From assembly GCA_963799775.1 (NCBI GenBank), contig CAWCYD010000003.1, forward strand, positions 960,001 to 1,024,000: 64,000 nucleotides of DNA, read 5' to 3'. This document shows, piece after piece, positions 30,601 through 39,564 of the stretch. The translations under genes were made by a program, and so were the position numbers. The notes under the pieces are model-generated. The model searched no databases and was not told where the DNA came from. It was given only the letters and a program-made list of their open reading frames with translations. Within the stretch, counting starts at the first letter, position 1, and every line of letters starts with the position of its first letter. This stretch comes from an uncultured archaeon. GTDB taxonomy: Archaea > Thermoproteota > Nitrososphaeria > Nitrososphaerales > Gagatemarchaeaceae.

Positions 30601-30801
30601 TAGCAAAACACCCTCAGTCTTGGCCCTATGGAGCAACTGCCATCCGGTCGTGGGCACGCCGTCGACCAAAACGTACGAGGAAGGGTCGAGACATTTACCG
30701 GAGTCTACATGCCCTGCGGTCCCTACGTTGACCTCCGGTTGCTTGGGGATGCGCCTCTGGGCTTCAGGGGGCGGGGCTGTCGCGGTTTGCTGTTGGGCCA
30801 T
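27616..30801 (-). CDS. eif2g: Translation initiation factor aIF2 gamma, intein-containing precursor
   Basis: QPEVNVGTAGHVDSGK | TSLVQAITG, EELKRGITIKVGY, DCPGHE, QNKID, WRLIG. Confidence 0.97.
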   Translation of the reverse strand: MAQQQTATAPPPEAQRRIPKQPEVNVGTAGHVDSGKCLDPSSYVLVDGVPTTGWQLLHRAKTEGVLLSQVNGEEVYQLTYNKVLSLNSALEPVTASSLLFVQHYKGHMFSIKGKSGRELRVTPEHPLLINRQGVLQWVKAKDIRLGDYASFVSRVPLGEEVTLPDPIPHLQKSYKIVSWTDYQSVKSATSDFTDYGALGVDRFENTRMILGLNKTTFMRLARIDPKTYARIVRQEKAASISQRDRIIKAFKSGCPITLGPNEFLAEQMRGNRRIIRRLVEMSLDDEIVKWFAFVWSEGSSDPHRVDITQSVQQGMLAEFLKITQERLKQETRCYDDRYAIHNKAFVDYLSSRFNFVPGNESVCGMADWVCKLPRKQKALFLRWFFTLDGEFNDHGQICVTQLNDHNIAIIGYLLHSFGIVPKFGTKWSPTKKGRKVYGRIIVSGRKDLRAFAESIGFEDSRVQDRLLSYLKSIRLDSKETDRSIPINAKVLQVLFKESGVMREAFPRLPAQKVMKESDWYKAYQDAIRKGRLSRTKLLLVIRAVEDQLRDVESSQSRMGTDGAKLRAHSSLIGMSLQEVSGEFGHSRKWLTRILRSGSSKELLMVARKLKGETRGVLRYGNQALEQFRRLASPSLEFDRIVTIRAEDHDGPVFDMTVPDHANFLAGKGATVCHNTSLVQAITGVWASAHSEELKRGITIKVGYADAALYKCPVTPPPEAYSTSPVCPVCGKDTHFLRAMSFVDCPGHESLMTNMLAGAALMDGVILVITANEPVPMPQTREHMLALQMLGMKKMVVVQNKIDRVDADGARKNYEAIKQFLANTVGADAPVIPVSAQNRINIDALIEAIEENIPTPKHDMSAAPKMYILRSFDVNRPGADVKSLVGGVLGGSLVSGEIRVGDEIEISPGLVEERSGKYTPISTKVASLGTGAGMTEKVGPGGLIALGTTLDPRLTKGDVLVGNLVGKSGSLPPIRTHITLDLQLFDQAVGSSALIKVDKVKVQETLRLNVGTASTLGTVTSARETVAELDLKKPVVAEEGARVAISRRIAERWRLIGSGLIK
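28780..30693 (-). mobile_element. 638-aa intein with LAGLIDADG endonuclease in aIF2gamma
   Basis: Starts CLDPSS, block B VTPEHP, FAFVWSEG / FLRWFFTLDG, block F VFDMTV, ends VCHN before +1 Thr. Confidence 0.95.
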
Positions 30802-30858
30802 TAGCAGAAGAATTCTGACGGCGACTGTGCGTATATTTTAAGATGATGAGGGATTCCG

Positions 30859-31200
30859 CTATTCGACCTTTATCGCATTGAGCTGATAGACCTCGTCGTT
30901 GATGAGGCCTCCCCTCACGAGCTTCCTCCTCTTCTCCCCGCTCACGGAGTTCCTGAACCCCACGCCCTCGGTGAGGAGCACGTATCTTTTCCCGCTGCCC
31001 AGGATGTCTGCGCGCATCGGGAAGCCCGCCTTGTCGCTCCCTCCGGTGATCTTGACCTTGTAGTTCTGACCCACCACGCTGAGGTCGACGGTGTCGCCTA
31101 TCCTCCTTCCCATGAAGAGCTGGGCCGTCGCGTCCTTCGCCTCGAGTACCTCGGACTTGCCCGTCTTGGTGTCGCTCAGGACGATCTTGAACGTGGCCAT
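30859..31200 (-). CDS. rps6e: 30S ribosomal protein S6e
   Basis: KITGGSDKAGFPMR...GEKRRKLVRG. Confidence 0.96.
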   Translation of the reverse strand: MATFKIVLSDTKTGKSEVLEAKDATAQLFMGRRIGDTVDLSVVGQNYKVKITGGSDKAGFPMRADILGSGKRYVLLTEGVGFRNSVSGEKRRKLVRGGLINDEVYQLNAIKVE

Positions 31201-31331
31201 GTTTTCGGAGACCCCACCTCGACTCTATCTTAATAAGCGAATAGTCTTCGTCGGCTCGAAAACCAGCCGAAGCCGCTACCGCGAGGCGTGTCGTTCCGGC
31301 ACCGAGAGCCGGGCCCGCAGGTCGGCGATTT

Positions 31332-34300
31332 CTAGAAGCCGAAGAGCGGGTCCTTGGCGGAACGGATCGCGGTAATCTCCTCGAGGGCACTCCTGATCGT
31401 CGGGCGTGAGCGTCGCCGCGTACTTGCCCTTCAGGATCTTCGCGTCAGCGCTTGTGGGGTACGTGTAGAGGTCTTCGTCCTCCTTAATCGTCCTCCCCAA
31501 GGTGGGGCCCTTCACCGAGATCGCGACCTGCATCCCCTTCCTTGCCTCCGGGATGTTCTTCCCGTTCTCCTGTATCTGCTCCACTACCCCGATCTCCTCT
31601 CCGCCCTGGTTCATGAGCCTCACCTTGGCGTGCAGCCGGCCCCCGAGTATCTCGACCCCAAAGACGGCCGGGTCGTTCCTCCTGAAGAAGTTCCCCTTGA
31701 GTGCCTTGATCTTTGCGGGCATCGTCACGTTCTGGAGGGCGTTCTTCTGGTCCTCCTCCTTCTTCCTCTCGGTCCACTGGACGTAGCCCTCCACCGCGTC
31801 GTAGATCACTTCAGAGGTGATTATCTCGACCTTCTCCGCGCTCTCCTTGGCCTCGGGGAGGAGCCTTGACGTCGAAGCCGATGATGGCCCCGAGGTATGG
31901 GTCGCGTTCTGCCACAGACTGGGCCTCGACTATCTCTGCCTTTGAGATGTCCCCGATGTCTGCCAGGCGGACGGGGATGCTACGCTCCTCGAGCATCTTG
32001 AGCATCGCCTCGAGGCCGCCGATGCTCCCTGCCTTGACTATGACCCCCACGTTGTCGCTTCTGCGCCTGAGGGTCCCGAGGTCTTTCTCCAGTTCGGCTC
32101 TGAGGGCTGGGAGCTCGGAGTCTTCCTGGAAGGACATCACCGCTGTCCCTGGGATCACGCCTTCGAGGTCGGGGCTTACCAGCTTTACGCCGGCCGCGGC
32201 GTAGACCTCGCCCACGGCCGTGAACTTGTCGCGAGGGTCCTTCATCTCGTCGAGGGCCTTTGGCATGAACAGCGCCTTGACCTTGGACTCGGCGATGCCG
32301 TCTCTCTTCACCACCACTATCCTGTCGCCGACGTGCAGCGTCCCGTCGGTGAGGATTATGTTCGCCGTCTCCCCCATGCCGACCTCCTCCTGGAGCTCGA
32401 GCACTATCCCCTTGGACCTCCCGAGACGCTCGCGCCTCCTTGCGAGAGCTTGGCGGTGAGGAACTGCTGCGCGAGGCCTATCAAGACCGCCAGGAGCTCC
32501 GGTATCCCTACGCCGTAGCGCGCGGAGACGGGGATTATCGAGACCTGCTTCCGAAAGTCCTTGATTCGGTAGAACGCCTCCGCCTGGAACCCGGAGCGGG
32601 AGAGGCCCCCGACGACGTTGTAGAGCTTCTCCTCCAGCTCGTCGTTCCACTCTGGAGGCTGCTGCTTCAGGGCGGCCGCGAGGGGTATGCTCTCCTTGCC
32701 GGCCACTGTGTCCTTCCTCCACCCCTTGATCATGTCCACCTTGTTGAGGGCCACCAGGAACGGGACGTGCCTGTCCTTGAGGATCTCGATGCTCTCGAAG
32801 GTCTGGTTCTCAAGGCCCTTCTGGACGTCGACGACGAGTATGGCGATGTCTGCCGCCGAGCCGCCGCGCATCCGGAGGTTGGAGAAGATCTCGTGGCCAG
32901 GGGTGTCGATGACGAGCAGGCCTGGGATCCTCAGCTGGGCTCCAGTCTTTTGGAGTAGCGAGCCGCATATGGCCTCGAGCGTCTCCATCGGGAAGAAGCT
33001 AGCGCCAATCTCTTGGGTGATCCCGCCCGCCTCTCGGGCCTGGACGCCTGTACCCCGAATCTTGTCCAGAAGGGAGGTGTTGTGGATGATGAGACCGTTG
33101 GCCAAGAAATTATGGTGGTCTTCCACCGTGAAGTCAAAGACGTCGCATCCGCCCTCAATCGCCTTGAGGCCCGAGACCTGAACGCTGGCGTAGTTGTTGA
33201 CGGTCTCGAGGAGGACTGGATTCTGATAGGTCGGAGCGACCTCGGGGAGGCGCTTGAGTAGACCTCTGCTGATATGATTCAGCCCTTCGAGAGTGTTCCA
33301 CTGGAAGTGGTTTTCCCAGCTCACCTGGTGCGACCTCCGGATCTCCGCGAGGAACTCTCCTGAAATTGGGGTGATGTCGAAGATCCTGCTGGTCTCGGCC
33401 CTCTCGCCTCTTATCCTTGCAGCAAGCATCTTCTCTTTCTCTCCGAAACCAATCCGAGAGAGGAAGGAGTTCACGTTGTCCTTCCCGCTGATGAAGATCT
33501 CCCTCTGGTGAGAACGCTTGCCAAAGTAGGCGAGGCAGCCGAAACGCGAGAGGAGCATGGGGAGCTGCCTCATCAAGAGGGGGCTCTCGCAGCCGACGCC
33601 GATGTTCCTTCCTTCTTGCACGAAGCCTTCAGCATCGAAGAACCCTCGCAAGAATTTGGCGACAAGGTTATCGGGCATTCCTGCGATTATTTCCGGCACG
33701 TGAAGCGTCCTCGTCTTGTCCTTGGTGGGGTAGTCGAAGACCTCTGCGAAGAACCTGAGGAGCGACTTACCGCCTTTGTGCGAGATGATGTAGCAGGTCC
33801 ATCCTCCAGGCTTTGCTGGCTTGAACGCCGAACGCCTTCTCGAGTCCTAGGAAATAAAGGTCCATCAGATAGGGAGAGTTGTTCGCGAGGTGACCAGATT
33901 CGGCAACCCCGTCCCCATAAAGCAGACCCACGAGATACGTGAGCGCCTCGAACCCGGTCTCATCCTTGGGGAGCGATATCCATATTGAGTTGTGAGACGC
34001 CCTCTTCTTAGGTGAAGCGGATTTTATCCTGTCAATCTCGTCGTAAGCCCTCGCAGGCGGAAGGCCCATGAGTGCTACTACTTTCCTGAAAGTGCTCGCT
34101 CGGTAATATCCCTTGTCTGAGTGAAAGAGAAACTGGGGGTCTCCGACCAGTGCGCCGACCTTCGCCCTGCGACCCTTGGAAAAGGCCAGAATCTTATCGT
34201 TCAAAGACGCGGAGACCTTGATAAGAAAGACATCAGAGAGCCGCGAGAGAATCGATTCTTTAACGGCGGGAAGGCCCTTCGGCATGACTTCGACGCGAAC

Positions 34301-34717
34301 GGGGAGGATCAGGTGATCGCCAAGAGAGAGCTTCTCCGCCTCGACGTATCCTAGATTCCCAGCCTTTGACATCACCATGAACTTGTGCTCCGGAGTACAC
34401 TTTACTGAGTACCCGGCTTTCGTCTGGACCTCAATCATCTTTTCAGCGTGAAGCTTCCACACATGAGTAGCTCGCTTGGGTACCGTCTTGCCTTCTGGAG
34501 CAGTGGAGAGAAGGAACAGGTCGGTCGCCTCATAGGCGACTCCATCGGGACGCTGAATTGGATCTCCCGACTTGAATTTCTCGAAGATACTTGACGCGGT
34601 GCTGATGCGGCCGTCAGCTAACTGGACTAGAGTGTCGCCGCTGACGCATTTTCCGCTGTCTACGTGCCCCAGCACGACGACCACTGGTTGTCGGAGTTTT
34701 TGTTCTGACTGGGACAT
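31332..34717 (-). CDS. infB: Translation initiation factor aIF5B (IF-2), intein-containing; several frameshifts
   Basis: LRQPVVVVLGHVDSGK | TSLLDKIRGT, REAGGITQ, IDTPGHE, NKVD; ends KDPLFGF* at 31332. Confidence 0.95.
33079..34648 (-). mobile_element. ~523-aa intein with LAGLIDADG endonuclease in aIF5B (one frameshift near 33800)
   Basis: Starts CVSGDT, CTPEHKF, YLVGLLYGDG, FLRGFFDAEG, VFDFTV, ends IIHN before +1 Thr. Confidence 0.95.
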
Positions 34718-34788
34718 CGGAAATCAGCATTCATGGATGTAGCGAGCCCACTAGTAATTATCCCTTGCTCGGCCCGATGGGGCACCGC

Positions 34789-35205
34789 TCACGGATAGCC
34801 TATGGTCGTGGAGTTCGAGATGGCGACGCCTCCCTGGGACATCACGAAGATGGTCGCGCTGTATTGACCCGGGTTCACGCCAGAGATCACCAGGTAGACG
34901 GTCCCGTACTGGTCCGGTGTGAGGCTGATCGTCGATGTCGTGATGTAGACGCACTGACCGAGGTTGTTGTGGAGGACCAGCAAGGCCAATCCCAGGACGG
35001 TCGAGTTGAAGTGGTTCTGGAACGTCGCCTGGGCGGCCGTGAATATCCCCACGGATTTGAAGGTCACTGGAAAGGCGAAGGTCCACTGGGTGGTGCCTCC
35101 GACCACCGTCGCGGCGCCGACGGGCCTGGCAAAGAGACATGAGGAGACGAGCAGGGCGACGGCGATGGTCGCCGCGACCCTAGAGGACGGGTTCAACAAA
35201 TTCAA
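34789..35205 (-). CDS. Small secreted protein homologous to the C-terminal domain of the S-layer-like protein
   Basis: Signal peptide; VLHNNLGQCVYITTSTI...GQYSATIF matches VVHNGAGQTVDVSTATI...GTYSVTLF. Confidence 0.7.
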   Translation of the reverse strand: MNLLNPSSRVAATIAVALLVSSCLFARPVGAATVVGGTTQWTFAFPVTFKSVGIFTAAQATFQNHFNSTVLGLALLVLHNNLGQCVYITTSTISLTPDQYGTVYLVISGVNPGQYSATIFVMSQGGVAISNSTTIGYP

Positions 35206-35253
35206 GCCGAACTTTCCGTGCTCTTATCCCTTGTGAGAGATGATGCCAGAAAC

Positions 35254-35300
35254 AGCTTGCGCTAGGCTGTGAAAAATAAAAAAAGAGTGAAGAGAAAAGG
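35254..35300 (-). terminator. U-tract terminator region of ftsZ
   Basis: CTTTTCTCTTCACTCTTTTTTTATTTTT on the minus strand after the stop. Confidence 0.65.
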
Positions 35301-35311
35301 CTGTGATGCCT

Positions 35312-36367
35312 TTAGCTCTTCGGACCGATTTTGATCGGACCCAGTGAGAAGCTGTACTCTTGCTGCTGAGCGAGGAAGGTGCTCTCCACGCCAGTGAGCA
35401 TGACCATCGTCTTCACTCGTCCTTCGAGAGTCGGGTCCACACGTGCGCCCCAGACGATCCTTACTCGTGGAGGCAGCGACTTTGTTACAAGTTCGCCTGC
35501 CCTTGTGACCTCCTCGAGTGTCACGTCTGAGCCGCCTGTCACGTGGACGAGGGCCCCTTGAGACTTGGTCACGTCCCTGATGTCAAGTAGCTGCCCTTCG
35601 ATGGCCTGCCTGATCGCGATCTCTACCCTGTCCGACCCCTTGGCCTCGCCTACACCGATAGCTGCAAGACCCTTGCGCTCACATATGGCGCGGAGGTCTG
35701 CGTAGTCGATGTTGATGAGACTGGCCGTGGTGATGGTCTCGGTGATGCCCTTGACGAACTGGCCTACCAGCTCGTTTGCAACTCCCAGCGCCTGCTGCAG
35801 TGGCAGGTCGCCTGCGACCTTGGACAGTTTGGTGTTGTCGATTGCGACGACGGTGTCACAGTACTGGCGGAGAACCTTGAGAGCGTTCTTCGCGTTGTCG
35901 TACCTGTATCTCTCGACAGAGAACGGCAAAGTCACGACGCCTATTACTAGGCGGCCCTGCTTCGCGAGTTCCTTGGAGAGCACCTCGATCGCTCCTGTGC
36001 CAGTACCCCCTCCGAGGCCTGCGCAAAGGAAGATGATGTTGCTGTTTTGTGTTTCTTTCTGGAAGTCGTCGAGCGACTCCCTTGTGGCTGCCGCACCGCG
36101 CTGAGGGTACCCTCCGGCGCCCTGGCCGTGCGTGAGCTTCTCACCCATGAGGATCCTGCGATCCGCCTTGGTGATGCTCAGGTGTGCTGCGTCTGTGTTG
36201 GCGGCTATGAGTTTGCCGCCGGTGATGCCTCTCTCCTTGATCCAGGAGATGATGTTGCTTCCGGCTCCCCCGACACCTATTACGGTGACGTTGGGTTTGG
36301 CCATCCGCATGACTGCGGCGATTTTTTCGGCTTCTATGAAGTCCATTCCTTCGTTAGATACTTCCAT
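35312..36367 (-). CDS. ftsZ: Cell division protein FtsZ
   Basis: GVGGAGSN, ANTD, GAGG, GLGGGTGTGA signature, INIDYADL T7 loop. Confidence 0.96.
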   Translation of the reverse strand: MEVSNEGMDFIEAEKIAAVMRMAKPNVTVIGVGGAGSNIISWIKERGITGGKLIAANTDAAHLSITKADRRILMGEKLTHGQGAGGYPQRGAAATRESLDDFQKETQNSNIIFLCAGLGGGTGTGAIEVLSKELAKQGRLVIGVVTLPFSVERYRYDNAKNALKVLRQYCDTVVAIDNTKLSKVAGDLPLQQALGVANELVGQFVKGITETITTASLINIDYADLRAICERKGLAAIGVGEAKGSDRVEIAIRQAIEGQLLDIRDVTKSQGALVHVTGGSDVTLEEVTRAGELVTKSLPPRVRIVWGARVDPTLEGRVKTMVMLTGVESTFLAQQQEYSFSLGPIKIGPKS

Positions 36368-36524
36368 CGTAGCCTTGTTAATGTAAATTTTTATAGAAAA
36401 AGGTTATGAATTCTGATAAGTTAACATCTTTCTAACGTTAAGTTAACGGGCCTCCTCGGAACAAGGCGTAAATTAACTTAGTCAAGCTTATATTCGGCGC
36501 TCGAGCGGACTAACTTAACGTGGA
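36368..36524. promoter_or_regulatory. Divergent promoter region with four TAAGTTA boxes
   Basis: TAAGTTA at 36417 and 36439 (+), 36474 and 36511 (-); TATA-like CTATAAAAA (-) before ftsZ and CTTATAT (+) before 36525. Confidence 0.65.
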
Positions 36525-37094
36525 TTGACTAGTCCCGCCCCATCCGCATCACCTACAATCATCGAGTACCTCTCAACCTGGGTCAAGGACAAGGATGTCG
36601 TCAAGCGGAGCCGGATCCCCACCGAAAAGAAAGTCCTCGCAGCGGTGATGTGCGCATCGGGCTACACGTATAGGGACGCTTCCAAGATATTGGGTGGAAT
36701 CTCCCACGTCGCGGTCCACGACGCCTACAAGTCGGTCATCGCCGCCATGGCTCCCCTCGCAAAGAAGGACCGGACGGTGACGATCGAGGAGAATGCTGCT
36801 TATCTTAACAGCGAGACTCCTGGAGTGGTGTGGATGGCCAGGGACTTCGACACCGGCGAGATACTCTCCTTCCGATGCTCGGTGACCAAATCGCCTGCGG
36901 ATAGCAAGAAGTTCATCGAATCCGTCCTGGCTAGCTGCAACGACAGGCCCTTGTTGAGGGTCGGAAGAGGGCCTAACTTCCCACATTCTTTGAAATATTT
37001 GGACCTTTACTTCCGGATAGACACGACGGCCACGACGAAGTTCCGCCAGAGGATCAGCAACTTCTTCCTGGGCGGTTCCGAGCCGAAGAGCTAG
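36525..37094 (+). CDS. IS6-family transposase-derived protein, catalytically inactivated (HTH plus RNase H fold)
   Basis: SGYTYRDASKILGGISHVAV HTH; TIEEN, WMARDFDTGEIL, LRVGRGPNF, RQRISNFF align to IS6 IDET, WAAxDxxTxEIL, VDGGPWY, RNxIERWF. Confidence 0.8.
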   Translation: MTSPAPSASPTIIEYLSTWVKDKDVVKRSRIPTEKKVLAAVMCASGYTYRDASKILGGISHVAVHDAYKSVIAAMAPLAKKDRTVTIEENAAYLNSETPGVVWMARDFDTGEILSFRCSVTKSPADSKKFIESVLASCNDRPLLRVGRGPNFPHSLKYLDLYFRIDTTATTKFRQRISNFFLGGSEPKS

Positions 37095-37218
37095 ACGTCC
37101 CGACCCTGTCTCCCGCGTCAGAAACTCTGGGGAGGGGCCGGCCCCTTGCTCTAGAGGCTGCTGGAGGTGCCTATTCTTCGCCTGTGCCTGGGGCGCAGGG
37201 CTATCGACCGGAAGAACC

Positions 37219-37584
37219 TCACGCGGGTGGACATGCCCTCTGCAACACCTGTGTTATCGCCCTCGTCCTCGCCGTCGCCATCTCTCCATCCGAGCCGCAC
37301 CTCGAGTAGCAGTCGGAGGCCCTCTGCACGAAGAAGAGCGCCTGAGAGACCTTGCGGGGCACGGGAGACGAGTCTGACGCGAGGGTGAGCTGTCCTGCGG
37401 TCTCGTACCAGAGACCTGCGTTGGCGTCCTCGCCCATCTTCTCATAGTCGTCGGCTATCCATTCTGCGACGCTCTCCCACTCCGAGGAAGCCTCGATGTC
37501 GTCCAGGATTCCCATCAACGACTTTACGGCGTTCTTGTAATCGCCCGACTTTTCAAGCGCGAATGCTCGCGAGATTTGACCCAT
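37219..37584 (-). CDS. Small alpha-helical TPR-like protein
   Basis: A-x-A-LEKSGDYKNA and IADDYEKMGEDANAGLWYETA patterns. Confidence 0.55.
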   Translation of the reverse strand: MGQISRAFALEKSGDYKNAVKSLMGILDDIEASSEWESVAEWIADDYEKMGEDANAGLWYETAGQLTLASDSSPVPRKVSQALFFVQRASDCYSRCGSDGEMATARTRAITQVLQRACPPA

Positions 37585-37676
37585 TGGCGAGCAGAGAATG
37601 CCTGCCCGCGTCTAAGATGGCGCCACTCAACTATTTTGGAGCAAGCGGTCAGGAAACCGTCAAGAATGAAGCGGAC

Positions 37677-38096
37677 CTAGCCGAAGTAGGCCTTGCTCTC
37701 TCTCTCGAACGACTCTTTCGAGTCGGAGGCGTGGATTGCGTTGTCCGTCAGGCCTATCGCGAGGTCACCCCTTATCGTCCCAGGCGAAGCCTCCCAGCTC
37801 TTGGTGGCCCCGACCATCCTCCTCACCGTGGCGACCGCGTCCATGCCTTGGATGATGGCTCCCACCGTCATCCCGCCCGAGAAGGACGCGACGAGCTCAC
37901 CGAAGAAAGGCCTCTCCTTGTGGACGCTGTAGAACTCCTCCGCCTTGGCCTTGCTCATGGTCTGGGACTTCACCTGGACCAGCTTCATCCCCCTCTTCTC
38001 GAACCTCCCAAGGATCTCGCCGACCAGGCCTCTCGCGACAGCGGCCGGCTTCACGACGATGAGCGTCTTCTCGCTGGGGTCAGGTTGAGATGACAT
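37677..38096 (-). CDS. ndk: Nucleoside diphosphate kinase
   Basis: EKTLIVVKP, HKERPFF, PGTIRGD, NAIHASDS. Confidence 0.97.
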   Translation of the reverse strand: MSSQPDPSEKTLIVVKPAAVARGLVGEILGRFEKRGMKLVQVKSQTMSKAKAEEFYSVHKERPFFGELVASFSGGMTVGAIIQGMDAVATVRRMVGATKSWEASPGTIRGDLAIGLTDNAIHASDSKESFERESKAYFG

Positions 38097-38107
38097 GGCG
38101 AACTATT

Positions 38108-38292
38108 CTAACGGACTGTGGTTTTTCTGCGAGCCCACTTTAGCTTGCGCGGTCCCTCTTCAGCTTGAGGTCGTTCACCTTGCACTTGTTAGAGCAGAAA
38201 CTCTTCGAGGACCCGTCGTTCATGACCAGGAGTATGCCCGTGCCGAGGTGCACATCCTTCCCACAGAAATGACATCGTTTAGGCGTGTACAA
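38108..38292 (-). CDS. rpl24e: 50S ribosomal protein L24e (absent from ORF track; frameshift near 38150)
   Basis: Manual translation MYTPKRCHFCGKDVHLGTGILLVMNDGSSKSFCSNKC...RKLKW. Confidence 0.92.
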
Positions 38293-38452
38293 GACAAGGT
38301 ATCACCGGGTTTCCTTGATTTGGAAACGAGGCCTCTTCGGATGTCCATATAAAGCTAAAGACGGCATCGAGCTTCTCTTCTAAGGCTCGCGCTGCAGGAA
38401 GCCCAGCGAGCCCGCAAAGATTGCGAGGACTAGCAGGAGCGGAAGAAGGAGA

Positions 38453-39526
38453 CTAAGGGCGCAGGAGAGAGACCGTGGAGTTGCCATAGTTCGTGACAAG
38501 GGCACCCCCGACCGCGGAATCGTAGACGACCTCTCTCGGGTCGTTCCCCACGGGTACGTTCGAAGAGCCAGAGGCAGATACTTCGGTGACAGTCGCGTTC
38601 CCTGAGTTGACGACGTACACTGTCGAGCCGGCGGCATCGGACGCGATGCCGATCGGGTCGTTGAACCCTCCCAGAGACCTCACGATCGTGGAGCCGTTGA
38701 CTACTATGACCGTGCCGTCCGTGTAGCTTGTGACGTACATGCTCTGGTCGTGCGGGTCGAACGCTACCCCGAGGAGATTGGAGCTCGGCCCGCCAAGCTG
38801 GAGCGTGTTGAGAAGGTCGCCGCTCGTGCCGTTGATGATGAAGACCGCGCCGTCGTTGTTCGTGACATACATGTCCCCGTCGGAGGGGTCGTAGGCGACG
38901 GCGAAGGGCAAGCCTGTGAGAGAGATCGTCTTGGTGACCGTCGTCCCCGAGATGACGTAGACGCTGTTCGCCTCTCTGTCGACGGAGTAGACCGTCCTCG
39001 ACGCCGGGTCATAGGCCATCCAGCCCGAGCTCGTTGGGACGCTGATGTGGGAGACGACCTCGCCGGAGGTCGTGTTGATGAGGGCGACCGAGTTGTTGCC
39101 GACGAGCGCGGTGTAGAGAAGCCCGTTCGCCGCATTGTAGGCCAGAAAGTCGGCCGGGCCGCCCGTAGGGATTTCGTTGAGCACATGACCCTGGCTGTCC
39201 AAGACCGCGACGCTATCTGCGTTGGAGACTGCGACGAACGCGTCACCGCTCACCGGGTCGAAGGACGACCCGTACGGTGCGGAGCCCAACGGGATGGTCT
39301 CGACCGTGGGTACTTCGGCGGTCGGTAGACTGGCGACGGACGAAGTTGATTGAGCACCGGTCGAGCCAGTCGTCGAAGCTTGGGGAGTCAGGTAGGCAGA
39401 CTCGATCAGTGCCACTCCAATCACGAACAAGATGGCGCAGACCACGAGGATCAGCTTTGTCTCGGGAGCGGGAGGGCGCTTGGGGCTCTCGATATCGGCG
39501 CGCATGTTGACCTGGTCAGGCCGCAC
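38453..39526 (-). CDS. YncE/YVTN-like beta-propeller with N-terminal TM
   Basis: Repeats P-x-x-VAYDPxxxxMYVTN. Confidence 0.85.
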   Translation of the reverse strand: MRPDQVNMRADIESPKRPPAPETKLILVVCAILFVIGVALIESAYLTPQASTTGSTGAQSTSSVASLPTAEVPTVETIPLGSAPYGSSFDPVSGDAFVAVSNADSVAVLDSQGHVLNEIPTGGPADFLAYNAANGLLYTALVGNNSVALINTTSGEVVSHISVPTSSGWMAYDPASRTVYSVDREANSVYVISGTTVTKTISLTGLPFAVAYDPSDGDMYVTNNDGAVFIINGTSGDLLNTLQLGGPSSNLLGVAFDPHDQSMYVTSYTDGTVIVVNGSTIVRSLGGFNDPIGIASDAAGSTVYVVNSGNATVTEVSASGSSNVPVGNDPREVVYDSAVGGALVTNYGNSTVSLLRP

Positions 39527-39564
39527 CGCTTGGGCGCTTAATTACCTTCGAGCGCTTCTCTCAC

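Noticed and set aside
37074-37100. EPKS* ending as another tnpB right-end remnant
   Set aside because: Lacks the CAGAGTYGA block, terminal hairpin and GAACC end
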